Origin: Eledone cirrhosa
Taxonomy: Eukaryota
NCBI GenBank assembly: GCA_964016885.1
Contig: OZ024742.1
Coordinates: 119,412,001-119,476,000, forward strand
DNA length: 64,000 bases
Reading direction: 5' to 3'
This document shows, one piece after another, positions 40,937 to 55,094 of the stretch. The notes below the pieces were generated by a model. It made no database searches. It was given only the letters and a program-made list of their open reading frames with translations, and was not told the origin of the DNA. Numbering within the stretch: position 1 is the first letter of the stretch; every line of letters starts with the position of its first letter. Made by a program: the position numbers and the translations under genes.

Positions 40937-41057
40937 ATGGCAGCTCCGATTAATTCACTCAACATGAATTCAATGAAAGATCCTGAAAAACCTTCTGTGA
41001 TAGATGACTTCATGTATGGAAGTAATGTTGCTTCTGCACATATTTACATACGTATGG
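40937..41057 (+). CDS. TMBIM4: TMBIM4 / protein lifeguard 4 (GAAP), coding exon 1
   Basis: ATG at 40937; MAAPINSLNMNSMKDPEKPSVIDDFMYGSNVASAHIYIRM resembles the TMBIM4 N-terminus (DDFxYGSxVASAxxxIRM); donor G|GTGAGT at 41058, phase 1. A polypyrimidine tract + AG at 40911-40912 suggests an upstream 5'UTR exon. Confidence 0.93.
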
Positions 41058-41269
41058 GTGAGTCTTAATTTATCGATTTATTGTTCGGAATTTTCAGCCA
41101 AGTCATGATTTCTCTTTTAAGATTTCGTATTTAATCGATCTCACTTCTAAAGTTACAATATGTATATATATATAATATACACACTCCCTATATATATATA
41201 TAATATACACACTCCCTATATATATATATATATATATACACTGCCTATATATATATATATATATATATA

Positions 41270-41448
41270 TAACGAAGGAAATGTGGTAAGGAACCAGGTG
41301 GACCATAACGCACCAAAGTACTCAATACTTAGGGTAGTAGAGTGGGTAATAGGAACGAGTAGGACCCCGACGGCTGAGCTCAAGCCGTTTCGACGGCTAA
41401 TTTAGCCGTCGAAACGGCTTGAGCTCAGCCGTCGGGGTCCTACTCGTT

Positions 41449-41452
<4 letters not shown>
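41270..41452. mobile_element. Mini fold-back of the Penelope-like 3' tail in TMBIM4 intron 1
   Basis: ~53-bp perfect arms around 41400 containing GAAACGGC..GCCGTC|GGGGT; flanked by (TA)n. Confidence 0.85.
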
Positions 41453-41501
<49 letters not shown>

Positions 41502-41806
41502 ATATTAAATAAATGGAAACTATATTTATAAAACCATATTTATTTTATTATATATATTTCAAGGGCAACCAAGATAAACATTTATGTTGTCGTCAGTTGT
41601 TAGCTGTCGAGACACTGCATCCTTTAAAACCTCCATGCTTCCTGAGATTCGCCAACACTACACCTAATGTTCCCCCCTCCATACACACATACATGTATAT
41701 CATGACTCATACACTATTCACTTCCCTGTCATTTGTATATTATTCTATGTATTATACATGCACCTTTGACGAGTTGTAGTGCACCTGAGCACTTTACACA
41801 ATAATT

Positions 41807-41846
<40 letters not shown>

Positions 41847-43430
41847 CCCGCCGAGGTTAACTTTGCCTTTCATCCTTCCGGGGTCGATAGAATAAAGTAC
41901 CAGTAATGCATTGGGTAATTGCTGGCCTTGTGCCAAAAGTAGAAACAATTATTATTATTATTATGATACCACTGAATGTCATATGCAATATATAGGTCAG
42001 TAAAACTTCGTCATAATAAATACATAAAAATATTGTTTTTCATTGACAACTTCAAAAACGACTTATAAATAGATTAACTTCCATGCAACAAAACAAATGT
42101 ATTTTAGATCCACATTGACCTTAATTAAGCAGAAATATTCATGAAGAAAAACAAAAACAAACGTTTCAGTTATCACCGTCGTATCTTTTATTTGACAAAG
42201 TATCAAATGTCCGTTTATTTTGTTTTTGTTTTTTTGTATAAGGTGGTATGGTGTGTTATGAGGGCGATTTAGCTGCTATTTCTAGCAGGCGGGTCGACTT
42301 TGCAGAAGCTTTGTTGACTCGTCACTTGTAAATGTTGATTGACAAGGAATGATTGTGACACTTAAAGAGCCTTATAAAATAAAAAAGGGAACTAACGCTA
42401 TGTCAGTCTAACTCAGACATGCAAAAACATTGTGGAGATTTGATGTATAATGGAGATAATATGATTAAATATATGAAATTAGTACAATGAATATATCACC
42501 CAGATACCTACTGAGGCATGTCAAATTTATAAGTAAAAACATGTACTAAAATTAATTACTGGGTAAAAAAAAAAGATAATTTCTATTATACATATATAGG
42601 TATGTGTGGTAATGGTAGTTGTAGGTTAAAATGGTACCTTATCAATAATTTCGACACTGGTACTTCACAATAACTTTTATTATATGTATTAGAATGTCAT
42701 AAATATCTAATGGTATCTATGGTAAAATAAGTCATCAATATACAGTACATAATCCTTCAGCTTGATTTCACAAAAGATTACATTATCAAAGCAGATTTGT
42801 TTATGTGAATCTGTATCATTATCATTAGTCGATTTTAATTACTATTCTCCATACTTGCATATGATTAGACAAGTTTTCTATGCTTACACACATATATTAA
42901 ATCATAGTGTGAGAGCCATGTATAGGACTTATGCCAGCAATGAGTTCAGTAAGGAATTTAATGTGCACATTGATATCCATTAAGGCTTAATTCTTGGCTT
43001 TAAACATATCTTGGAAGCAGCACCCTACAAAAAAGCAACTTTACACCCATTTACTTGCATTCTCCCATAGCATCCAAATTAAACAAACCAGACTTGTGTG
43101 ACCTACATCAAACAGCTATATGAAGATGCTGAGTCGTGCACAAGCAGTGGATGACCGAGAAAGATGGAGGAGAGTGATGGGGATCTGTGCAAGCAGCACA
43201 GCAACATGATGGAGAGAGAGTGATGGTGATCTGTGCAAGCAGCATGCCAAGATGGAGAAGGAGAGTGATGGTGATCAATACAACCAACACACCAAGATGA
43301 TGATGAATCTGGAACCAAATTTCAAGCCTGGTGGTGGAAACACCTGCATTCCAATGACCTAGCTCATATCTGAGTTGGTCAAAGAATTATAGGAAATGCT
43401 CTAAAAATGAGAACAGGATCAAAAAGTCTT

Positions 43431-44066
43431 AAAGTATACCTAGCAAAGGCAAATGTCTGAAAGTACACCTAGCAAAGACAAATGTCTGAAAGTACACCTA
43501 GCAAAGGCAAATGTCTGAAAGTACATCTAGCAAAGGCAAATGTCTGAAAGTACATCTAGCAAAGACAAATGTCTGAAAGTACATCGAGCAAAGGCAAATG
43601 TCTGAAAGTACATCTAGCAAAGGCAAATGTCTGAAAGTACATCGAGCAAAGGCAAATGTCTGAAAGTACATCGAGCAAAGGCAAATGTCTGAAAGTACAT
43701 CGAGCAAAGGCAAATGTCTGAAAGTACATCGAGCAAAGGCAAATGTCTGAAAGTACATCGAGCAAAGGCAAATGTCTGAAAGTACACCTAGCAAAGGCAA
43801 ATGTCTGAAAGTACACCTAGCAAAGGCAAATGTCTGAAAGTACACCTAGCAAAGACAAATGTCTGAAAGTACACCTAGCAAAGACAAATGTCTGAAAGTA
43901 CACCTAGCAAAGGCAAATGTCTGAAAGTACACCTAGCAAAGGCAAATGTCTGAAAGTACATCTAGCAAAGACAAATGTCTGAAAGTACACCTAGCAAAGA
44001 CAAATGTCTGAAAGTACACCTAGCAAAGACAAATGTCTGAAAGTACACTTAGCAAAGACAATGTCT
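43431..44066. repeat. 29-bp tandem minisatellite, ~22 units
   Basis: Unit AAAGTACA(C/T)C(T/G)AGCAAAG(G/A)CAAATGTCTG. Confidence 0.97.
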
Positions 44067-44899
44067 TATTAAAAAAGAATACAGACTTTACTGCTTTCTA
44101 GTAATGGTCTTATTTGATATGCAGAAAAAGATGTAGGTAAGAATTCTACACTATGTAGTTAATGTAAACTATTTGTAGACAAAAGATGCAGTGGATTCAT
44201 ATGCAATCTAACTGTGAAGAACTTTGTATATAATAAACAGGAGTAGTAAGCAGTAATAGAGCACCCATAAAATTCTTTCATATGCTTGAAAGGCTCACTA
44301 GAAGCAATTGGTAATTTCCATTACCAAGGTGATCTAATTAGCATTAGAGGTTTATGTTCCTAAGGTATAATAGCCAGAATAAAAAGAGTAGAAAACGTTC
44401 AGTGAGCTATTTATTACCTCTGTTGGAAACAGGGATTTTCTTCAATTGAAAGGCAAATTGTATGTTACATATGTATGAAGGGAAATGTTGCATAGTAATG
44501 AAACCATTGTACATTTAATGGTGAATGGTAGGCAAAGGAAAGATATGAGGTTAGCATGCTCCACTGGATGTCTAATGTTAGTGTATATGAACTAGAAAAC
44601 ACAAATGAGCTGAGAGATAATGAAATACACTCATCATCATCACCATTTTACATCCATTCTTCCACGCTAGCATGGGTTAGACGGGTTGTCCTGTTGTGGG
44701 CAATGCCAGGTCAGGCGACCATGTTTTGCTCATACAGAACTGATTTCGGCTTGATTTCTACAGCTGGATGCCCTTCTTAACCACAACCTCATTTACAGTG
44801 AGTACTGGGTGCTATTTACCGTGGTGCCTACACAACCACTTTACAGTGTGGACTGGGTGCTTTTTTGTTGTGACACCTACATGACCACTTTACAGTGGA

Positions 44900-46390
44900 A
44901 GTCTATATGCTTCAGTTTCGGTTTGTACCCATTGGAAGTCGGGTCTTCTGTATTTCTGCGTAACACCAGAGGTCTCAGTCCTGTTTCATTGCCTTTGAGA
45001 GGTGCAATTGGGCAAGACAAGCTTTTATCACCTCATTCCAGGTCTACTTGGGTTTCCCCAATCCAAGACTTCCATTGACTTTTAGTGCTTTGCACCTTTT
45101 TATGCAGCTGTCATCCTTCATACACATCACATGTCCATACCAACATAATCTCTCCTGCACACAGCATTTGATTCCTCTTATGCTTAGTCTCTCTCTCTCA
45201 ATTTGTTTATGCATTGCTGTTCGTGTATATTACTATTACACATCCATCGGAGCATGCAAGCTTCATTTCTTTCTAATCTATGCAAGTCTTCTGTACACAA
45301 CGCCCAGGTCTCACTACCATGCAACATTGCTCTTTGTATACATGCATCATACAATCTGCCTTTCATTTTGAGGGAAAAGCCTTTTGCAGCTAGCAGTGGT
45401 AGTAGTTCCCTAAACTTATTCCATCCCATTCTTACCCTGGTTGCTGTACTTTCAGAACACCCACCTCCACTGCTAATTCGGTCACCTAGGTAGCAGAAGC
45501 TGTCTACTGTTTCTACCAAGCCCTCCCAGAATTTGGTAGCACTTGTTTCCTGTGGTCGTTTGCTGCTTACTGTCCCGGTTGCAACTGCTACATGTAAAGC
45601 CTACATTCTTAGCTAAACTTCTTCAGATCCCACTACATCTCTTGTGTACCCATAGTTTGCATTTGGGGAAGAGGATGGAATTTCTACCTACACCTTTCCT
45701 ACATACTGAGCAAGGCCATTTCCCTGAGGGGATCTGGGTTCTGTTTACTCTTCTACTTACAAGGACCTTAGTCAGGTTGACTTTGAGACCGCTTCTTTCT
45801 CAATTTTGGAAACGTTCTTCTCTAGTTCATCATAGATTCAGCTATAAGTGTAAGATTATCCACGTATAGAAGTTCCCATGGGCACCCAGTCTTAAACTCC
45901 TCTGTTATAGCCTGCAATACGATTATAAACAGGAGAGGGATTACAATAGAGTCCTGGTGGACACCAACCTGTATGCTAAATTCCTCGATATAGTCATTGT
46001 TAACCCTAACTTTGCTGATTGCTCCCCTATACATGGTTTGTACAGCCTTCACAAGCCAATCATCTACTCCTAGTTTTCTCAGAGCCCACCAGATTATAGC
46101 ATGGGGCACTCTGTCGAAGGCTTTTTCCAGATCGACAAATGCCAGGTAGAGCAGCTTACTTTTAGCTAGGTACTTAGATAATCAGTGGTACTTTTGCCTG
46201 GCACAAACCCAAACTGTATCTCATCTAGTTTTACCCGGTCCCTAATCAGCTGTGCTATAACTACTTTCATGATCTGGTCCATGAGCTTTATACCTCTATA
46301 GTTTCCTCTATATAGTGCATCTCCTTTACCCTTGTAGCAGTTGACAATGATGTTGCTACGCCAATCATTTAGTATGATGCCCTCGTGTTT
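44900..46390 (-). mobile_element. RTE-clade LINE, same family as 15880-16750
   Basis: NYRGIKL, QFGFVPGKSTTD, FVDLEKAFD, GVHQ, LLYVD and LHGSETW motifs with frameshifts. Confidence 0.9.
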
Positions 46391-46688
46391 CAATTAATTT
46401 TGAAAAATAATAATAACCAAACATTAGCAGGAATTTAATAAAATAACTAAGTTTTTCATTAGTAAGCTGATATTTAGAATATTATTTAAGAAAAACTTCC
46501 AAAATAGAATTATGATGGAAGGATTTAATATAAGGGTAAACAGTTTTGTATCATACATCTAGGGTAGTTTCAGGTAGTTTGGTATCAAGAAGTTTAAGCC
46601 TTAAAACACTTGCTGATGTGTGTTTTAATTGCTTCTTATATTTATGTCTTGTGAGTATCTTAATTCTTAAATGTATTTATTTTGCAAG

Positions 46689-46797
46689 GATTTCTGCGGA
46701 AAGTCTATGGTATACTGACAGCACAACTTCTTCTCACAACCCTAACTGCAGCATTTTTTATATTGCATGAACCTACAAAACTTTTTGTGCAGCAAAA
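46689..46797 (+). CDS. TMBIM4: TMBIM4 coding exon 2
   Basis: tttgcaag| (G)FLRKVYGILTAQLLLTTLTAAFFILHEPTKLFVQQ |gtaagt; FLRKVY is the BI-1/TMBIM TM1 motif; 109 nt, phases 1 to 2 fit. Confidence 0.95.
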
Positions 46798-48500
46798 GTA
46801 AGTAAATATTAAATTTTTGTCTGTTGCTTTACCAATTCTACCAACCAATGCCCTTCTCAATAATAATGTGATATATTTTTTAATATTAAGTTCTTTATTT
46901 ATATTGCATAAGATTATTTTTTTAGGGACAAGCAAAGTTAAGTGATTGACTCATTTAGAATATAGGATGGAAAGTAGACAAAATCAATAATAATAATAGC
47001 TATATCTTCTTTAATAAAAAATCATACAAATACAGAATTTAATTAGATAATTATTCAACTTCACAACAAACATGATAAAATAGCATTGCTAAGCACAGAA
47101 AATATGTTACACAAAACGTGTGTTACAATAAAAATGCAAATATACCTGTAAACAAGACACATATGAGGGAAACATGAACAAACTGGTCTCTACACAAGAT
47201 AGATGCACCTCTATGTGAGTGGTCAAGCTCCTAGAAATCGTAGTCCTAAAAATACATTTTCTGAGTTTAAAAAAGGATACAATGGATACTATCATCAGTG
47301 ATATAGAAAATGATAGAATAATTGTGGCTGGAATGCCTTTGATTATATCTAAGTTTGCTTGATTAAGGATTACTCAAGGCTAAAAAAACATACATGACCC
47401 AACATCTCATTTCATTTCTCTGAGCGATACTTCACTCATCCACTGGAGCATTCTCATTTCTATTCTTTCCAGTCTTTTCTGCTACTCCATGTCTCACTCC
47501 CATAAATCATGGCACTTCTCACTCATGCCGCACACACCTTTCTCTTCAGTTTTAGTTATATTCCCCTCCTCATTAGCATACCACTCACTTGCTAGAACTG
47601 CTTCCATGCATGTCTTACATCGTTTAACATCTATTTTCCACACTAGCATGGGTTTGCAAATTCTGAACAACAATTTAACATGCCTCCTAGGTGACAAAAT
47701 GTGTTCACACTTTCCATATTCCCACCTCAAGATCCAGCTCAACATCCCTCTATCTGTAGCTCATTCCATATATATTTTACACTTAAATGTAGCTGCCACA
47801 TTATTTAATAATCTTTTCACACCACAACATTTTTTATGTACCCACCTAGTGAATTGGTTATCACAAATTGACAGCTCCATCAGCAAACTGTAAAATACTT
47901 TCACCCCCTCTATTCCTCACATCATACCTGTAGCTCCTTTGGACTTCCTCAAAACCAATCTATATTCCTTTCAAATCCTCACTTATGATAAATTTCATGT
48001 CTTTCATCATCTTCTCTATTGAACACTAAAACTTGTTTTTCTCTGACCAGCCTGTGAGATATATCCTGAGATATATCCTGAGATGATGTTCATCAAGAAC
48101 TTTCCAGTCGCCAGTTTCACCATCATCAATCATTCACTTTATAACTATTGATGTTCATCAAGAACTTTCCAGTCACCAGTTTCACCATCATTCACTCATA
48201 ACATTGTTTACAAATTCATCAGAAATCAAGACACCAACACCATGCAAACGTTGCAGACAACCATGCCACACAAACTTGTACTTCTGCTCTGGTCTTCATT
48301 TCACCATTCACTCATTCTAATCACATTTATCACAATGTCTATAAACTCTACAGTAATGAAGACACCAACACCATGAACACATTCTGGACATCCTTGCCAC
48401 CCAAACTTGTACTTCTGTCATAGTCTTCTCTTAAACATTCTCACACCACTTCCATTTGGTCTTGTCTCCTGCACACAACATATGTCCATTCTTCTTCCAT

Positions 48501-48725
48501 TTAACCCTTTATTTAAACCAGCGTTATCTGGCCAGAATTCTCTCACCTCTTTCTGTTCAAACTAGCCATAACCCGCTGCTTATACTTATGTTAAGGTATT
48601 GTTCTCAAAATAAATAATATTCGTTGAATTGTTGATTCAATATTGTGAGATAATTATGTAAGATAAAGTGTTTACCATGAAAATACAATAGTATATATAG
48701 AGTAATGGAAATGGTAAAAGGTTAA
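48501..48725. mobile_element. TTAA-flanked (piggyBac-like) MITE
   Basis: TTAACCCTTT...AAAGGTTAA; relatives at 54426-54626 and 56466-57747 (the latter split by a CR1 insertion). Confidence 0.65.
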
Positions 48726-50250
48726 TGCCACCACCACTTTTCCTGATTTCCCTGTCATTGTCTCTACATTCCATTTCCCAAACCTCATATACCTGCTCAC
48801 TACATATATCCACTCTTTTACTATTTAGTGCCTCTATCATTTCTTCTGATCTCTCTGTCTTTCTTCCTATATCCCACATTCCAAACCTTATACACCTGTC
48901 TCTACAAGGGACATCAGACATGTGGCCATCATAAACAGACTTAACTTCTCCCTTGTTTCGACTGGGTTCCCTGCCTTGAGTTTTAGCAAGACGGTGTGGT
49001 GACTCCCACGGAGGCACTTAGGGCTGTACCTTGCTCATGTGTTTTTATATTTATCATGAGGTCCTTTTGGGGGCAATATTTAATTTTTTATGAAACTAAT
49101 GTTTTTTATGCCATACTATATCGTCATCATTGACTTAAGTTTTCCCAGCTAGCAAAATGTCTTATTTTATCTGTTCCTCCATATTACCATAGACTAATTG
49201 TATCTGTAAATGTGAGTTTTCACAAATCATATATAACAACATCACTTGATATCTTACTTTTCTCTAATTCCCATTAGTTATTTTCTTACTTAGTTATTCA
49301 TTTCTTGATGTCTCTAACATATAGTCACATTAAATTAGTTCTTACTCAATATTTTGTGTAGATGCCCCAAATCTGCAGACATTCTTAAACATAAGACAGC
49401 TTATGTTTCACAGTTAAATAATCTGATCACCTTAAGTTCTAAATTTTACTCATTGAACCTGTGTTTAGGTAACACGTTACTCTCTTAAAAATTGAACTCT
49501 TTTAAAAAATTTTTTTCTGATTAGTTCAGGTGGGAAGGGCAGTCCCTAAAACTTTTATTTTTCAGGCTCTCCGAGTCAGGTGTGAAGAACTTATCCTCAA
49601 ACTAGAGATTTAATCCAAAATGCTTGCAGCAGAGTGAACTACTAGACACTCAATGACCTGGTGGTGTGTTAAACCAGGTTGGAGATGAAATTTACCTCTA
49701 AGGAGCCAGAACAAATAACTTTCCAATGCCCTAATAATTCTGTCAATCTACTACCATGGGCTTTATTTTGTAGACACAGAAAAGATGAAAGACAAAAGCT
49801 GTCCTTGGTGGAATTTGAATAGAAAATACTGCAGGGTATTTTGTCTCATGCTCTAACAACTCTATTAATTTGCCATCTGTAATGTAGCCTGAGATATTTA
49901 TATAAAGACAGGATGGTTATGGCTGGAACAGTTTTGATCATAACTAAACAACAGCAACAACAATCATACTCATTTCATTGGCTTCAGAGAAAGAAAAGAG
50001 TAAAATAATTTTTGACTTGTATTTAACTCATAAGTGTATAGCAAAGGAAGAGATACCATGATTCTGGCTTTCTCCTTTCTCAATCAATACAGTTACTGAA
50101 TACAAACTAAATAAAATGGGGAAACTAAAAATTTGTCTCTAACAATTGCAAGTGTGCTATTATGTAAAGTTAGAAATTCATTCAAATGCTTATTTCTCTA
50201 ATTTCCTTTTCTGTTTTTTTTTTCTTTTTCTTTTTTGCTTTTTTTTACAG

Positions 50251-50356
50251 TCAATCGATGCTTATGATTTCCCTCTTTGCCACGTTTGGTGTGATGATAT
50301 TATTAACAATTAAGAGGAGAGAAACACCTATAAACTTCATTCTCTTGTTTGTCTTT
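50251..50356 (+). CDS. TMBIM4: TMBIM4 coding exon 3
   Basis: Long poly-T + tacag| (N)QSMLMISLFATFGVMILLTIKRRETPINFILLFVF |gtaagt; 106 nt, phases 2 to 0. Confidence 0.93.
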
Positions 50357-50615
50357 GTAAGTATTCTTTTTTGCTTATCAAGTCTTAATCTTAAAGATCA
50401 AAATGCTTAACAAAAATGTTATTTGTATAAAAGCTTTGTTATGGCTGAGAATAAGAGCTGATTCAGTTGTTTATGTCCCAGCTTATTTTTCATTTCTCTT
50501 TTAAGCAAAAACTGTAACAAGGAAGCCCCATGTAATTGCTCCACTTCTTAGAAACAGCAGTCAAATCTTCCACAAATGATACCCTTCCATTTAAAAACAA
50601 GGCAGACATATTGTA

Positions 50616-50817
50616 TATGAAGGTTGGCTGAAAAGTTCATAAGCTAACTATGAAGGATTGATGCAAGTGCTCTGAAATATTGCATGCATTAATTTCAATT
50701 CCTTTTGTTAATAACTGCATTATTTCTTTCCAGAGACTATGTTGAAAAATAAACCTCATATGGTCATTCTATGAGAGTATCTTGGTCAGCCTATGAACTT
50801 TTCAGCCGACCCTTGTA
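50616..50817. mobile_element. Mariner-type MITE
   Basis: TIRs TATGAAGGTTGGCTGAAAAGTTCATA / TATGAACTTTTCAGCCGACCCTTGTA with TA ends. Confidence 0.8.
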
Positions 50818-51429
50818 ATGTTGTCTTAGACTAGGTTTGAAAAATAAAGTCAAGATAGCTATAAACTTGAATGACTTTGATCATATATTTGCTCAATGAA
50901 AAGTGGCCAGTTTATTACATACAGGCTTGTTGTTTAACCTGAGCTAAACAACAAAAACAACCTGTAATAAAGTAGTTATTCCTTTGCTATGATGTAAAAT
51001 ACTAGGATAATATTCAACACACAGTGTTACTGGGTAATAATGGTAGATAAAATAGAGAAAATAAAACAGCTTGGTTTAACATCTTAACCCTTAACACCTT
51101 GTACCACAAGAAACTGCATTAGTAAGATAGACTTGCAAAGTATAAAACAAAACAGAATTATGATTACATAAAATTACCATGTAAAGTCTTTCTTTAGTAT
51201 ATTTATGCAAATTTTCACAACACTTTGTTGACTAGTAAATATACTATAAACATCTGAATTAGAAAACCTGTTTTAGATACTTTCTATTAAATCATTACAA
51301 GTTAAGAGTTAACTATTCAAAATGCATTTGAAAATGTTTTTATGCATTGATTTAGCAGTCGTATTTCAAATAAAATATTCTACCTCTGTATTCTATTAAT
51401 TTTCAAAATAATAAAAAGAATTTGTAGGG

Positions 51430-52020
51430 ATTTAGTAAAATACCAGATCATCTGCATAGCTAAGATTTGATAGAATTTTACGTCCTATTTGATAGCCGGA
51501 GGAGCATTCTTCTTCAGTTTGGTAGATAAGTGTAGCTATAATTATACAGAAAAGAAGTGCTGATAGTACATCCCTCTGCTTAACTCCATGCAAGATATCT
51601 ATACACCATATAGTTCCCAAATCTGTTTTGATAGATGCTGTTGAGTTGGTGTAAGTTTCTTTCAGTAGGTTGATGTATTTCCTGTTAATTCAGGTTTTGT
51701 TTAAGAGTTGCCACAAGCTGGGTAGTACCACGTCGGCTCAGTGACCGTATCTGTATCAGTGGGCTGCTCAACATCACCAGGCTTAGCCCAATCACATCGG
51801 TTGTCAGGTCAAGAATGCTTAAACTGTATGGTCATATCAAAAGATCAACTTGTGGTGTGAGTAAGTTATGCCTAGAAGGAAAGTTGGCTGGTAAGAGAAG
51901 CGGAGGCCGGCAGCCAAAACGTTGGCTTGATAATGTCAACTTATGGACTGGACTTCACCTTTGCTCTTTAAATTCTTCTGCTGATGCGCAGTCTGAAACT
52001 GGCGGAGTTAGTGTCTAGAG
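51430..52020. mobile_element. LINE RT fragments in opposite orientations
   Basis: Minus strand GVKQRDVLSALLF..LSYADDL; plus strand LKLYGHIKR..GKRSGGRQPKRWLD. Confidence 0.65.
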
Positions 52021-52424
52021 AGAGAGTAAAATACCTATTTTCTTCATAACAAAGCTGTTTTTTGGAACATAATTTAACAAAAAGGTTCTTAGAATTATAA
52101 TAGAAGTTTAAATTTTAATATGAACATATTCATATAGATAATTTTGTATCATAAAACCTAGGGTAGTTTCAAGTATGTTTGTATCAAAAGTGTTAAGATA
52201 AAAATTTCTTTGCTCATAACTCATGGCTTCAAACTAATGAACAAAGGTATTTACTTCATTCTTACTCTTTCTACCTACCTGAAGAGTAGCTATTATTATT
52301 TTTATTGATAATGCTAAGTGCTACACATTTACTAATAGATGTATAATGTGACAACACGTTTCTCCTACTAGTATGACAACAGTTGTAGAAAAGCAGATTG
52401 CCCTATTACTTGAAATTATATAAT

Positions 52425-53660
52425 GATAATAATGAAAATATTGTGTACAGTGCTCAGGTGCACTACAGCTCATCAAAAGTGTATGTATAGTACATAGGGT
52501 AATGTACAAACGGCAGGAAAATGAACAGTGCATGTGTGCATGTGTATGGAATGGGTACATCAGGTGTAGTTTTGCCGAATTTCGGGAAGCATGAGGGTTT
52601 TAAGGGATGCAGTGTCTCGGCAGCTAACAACTGACGCAGGCAGTTTGTTCCATTCTTCAGCAACTCTAAGCGTGGAAAAGTGTTTCCGAAAGTCATGGGA
52701 GCTGTGCTGTTTTCTGACTTTGTAGGCATGTCCACATGTGTTAGACACATGGAGATCAAAAAGGTGCTCAAGGTTGTTGTTGGCGAGATGGTTAATAACT
52801 TTGTGTGGGTGTTTACCAAGTTCATTGCCAGACGTCAGAGCTTCAATGAATCCATACCCAGGGAAGCAAGGTGTTCAGAGTATGGTAGGTGTCTGATGGA
52901 GGGTATTCACTTGGTTGCACGTCTCTGAAAAGTTTCCAAGAGGTCAATGTTCTGAGCAAGATAGGGATTCCAGACTGATGATGTGAATTCCAAGTGTGGT
53001 CATACCATAGATGTATACAGCTTTAAATAGATGGCTGGAGAGCGGCTAACAAAGGTCTTGCTGAGTGATGCCAAGACACCCTCGGCCTTCTTGACTATTT
53101 TAGAGATGTGCTTTGTCCAATGCAAATCGCTGCTGACAGTAATGCCCAGGTCACGTTCACAAGAAGACTTCTTGATATCAGTGTTGTGGAGAGAGTATGT
53201 GGACACTGGATTTTTCCTCCCAAAATGCATGGTGGTACACTTGTCCACAGCCAGCTTCAGTTGCCAGTCTGTGATCCATTGCTGCATTGTGTCCAGGTCT
53301 GATTGTAGGAAAGAGTTATAGATTTCAGGATCTGTCCTTTTGATTTCAAGGTACAGCTTGATGTCATCTGCATATTTCAGTACTGTGGCATTCTTTAAGT
53401 TGGCATCTATGTCATTAATGTATGCAACAAACAAAAGGGGACCAAGAACAGATCCCTGTGGTACACCAGATGACATCTCATATGGTGAAGAATGCTGTCC
53501 TAGAACCGTGACTACCTCTTTTCGGCTGAAAATGAAGGATTTTAACCAGTTAAAAAGATCATCCTTTATACCCATTGCAGAGAGTTTCGCCATAAGTCTT
53601 TTGTGTGGCACAGAATTAAAAGCCTTAGCAAAGTCAAGGTAAACAACATCCACCCACGAG
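52425..53660 (-). mobile_element. CR1-like LINE 3' part
   Basis: YLDFAKAF, SGVPQGSVLGPLLF, KYADD and ERDLG motifs; 3' end in an (ATT)n-like tail. Confidence 0.92.
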
Positions 53661-54733
53661 CCGCTGATGATGGTGATTGTAGCTAGGGTGTTGAAATATG
53701 TGATTTTCAAAACATGCAATATAAATTTGAAGTATAGACTGAGTTTAAGCAACTAAGAATTAGATGTATTAAATGTTATTCATAAGAGAAAAGTTATATA
53801 CAATACAAATATGTGATGAAAAAGGATTATATAAATTGGGTTTATAAATGCTATGAAATTGGGTTGCATATGATCATACATGAGAAAAAAAATGTATATC
53901 TAATGATATACATGACTAACATATTGTGTATTAATGTGGTGTAATGTCTTTATTTCTCCATATTTTCATGTATATACAAATCATCATCATCATCATTATC
54001 ATCATCATCGTTTAACCATGCTACCATGGGTTTAGACTAGAATTGTCCCACATGAGGCAAGATTGGTTGTCTTGCTCATATATATGTAATTGATTCGACA
54101 ATTTGTCTATTTTTTAGTCATATTTTTGATGGGATAAAATGTTGGATTACATACTGGGTGGTGGGTTTATATCCTACTTCAAGTATTACATTTTGACTCT
54201 GGACAAGACATTTAATTTTACACATACTCCAGTTTACCTAGCTGATAAATATGTTACAGAATTACTGGGAATGTTAGCTATGGTGATCTAACCTGCTAAC
54301 CAAAGAGAAATTTGTCTCTCATCTACATAATACTACTGTATGACATTACATTTATGTAGCAGCCATAAGAAACTTTGTGCTTCAAGAATAGATCAACTTT
54401 TCATTTATATTTTAGATATGATGCATTAACCTGCCATATCTGGCTAGAATTATCTTACCTCTTTCTGTTTAAACCAGCTGCAACTGGCTGCTCATAATTG
54501 ATGTTAAGGTATTGTTCTCAAAATAAATGATATCGAAATCTCGTAGATTCAATATTATGTGAGATAAAGTGTTTACCGGGAAAATATAATAGTAAATATA
54601 GAGTAATGTAAATGCTAAAGGGTTAATGCTGATGCTTCAGAAATTACTCTATCATTATTATTGTAAAGTTTTGTATTTTTACATAAGGAATACATGTATA
54701 TATATATTTATATATATATTTTTTTTCTTGTAG

Positions 54734-54767
54734 ACTGCCCTAGAAGCCTACACAGTTGGAGTAATCG
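54734..54767 (+). CDS. TMBIM4: TMBIM4 coding exon 4 (34-nt small exon)
   Basis: ttcttgtag| TALEAYTVGVI +G |gtaata; phases 0 to 1. Confidence 0.9.
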
Positions 54768-54976
54768 GTAATATTTTATTTCATCATCATCATCATTTAA
54801 CATCTGATCTTGCTAGCAAGGGTCTCAGATATTATCTATTAATTATATAAAATACGATCAAACATGTAATATATTTTTATATTACTATTATTATTGCTGT
54901 TTTCATATCAACAATTTTGCATTGATATTATAATATGTTTTTGTATTTGATTCTGTATGTATTTTTCTTCTTACAG

Positions 54977-55094
54977 TAACATTCTATGATGTGTCAATGG
55001 TGTTAGAAGCATTTGCACTGACCTGTGCTGTCACTTTTAGTTTGAGTTTGTATACATTGCAAAGCAAAAGAGACTTCAGCAAGTTGGGGGCTGG
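54977..55094 (+). CDS. TMBIM4: TMBIM4 coding exon 5
   Basis: ttcttacag| (V)[38 protein letters not shown]+GG |gtaagt; YTLQSKxDFS motif; 118 nt. Confidence 0.95.

Noticed and set aside
43431-44066. CRISPR-like 29-bp repeat array and repetitive ORFs
   Set aside because: Units are head-to-tail with no unique spacers, there are no cas genes, and the context is a eukaryotic intron.
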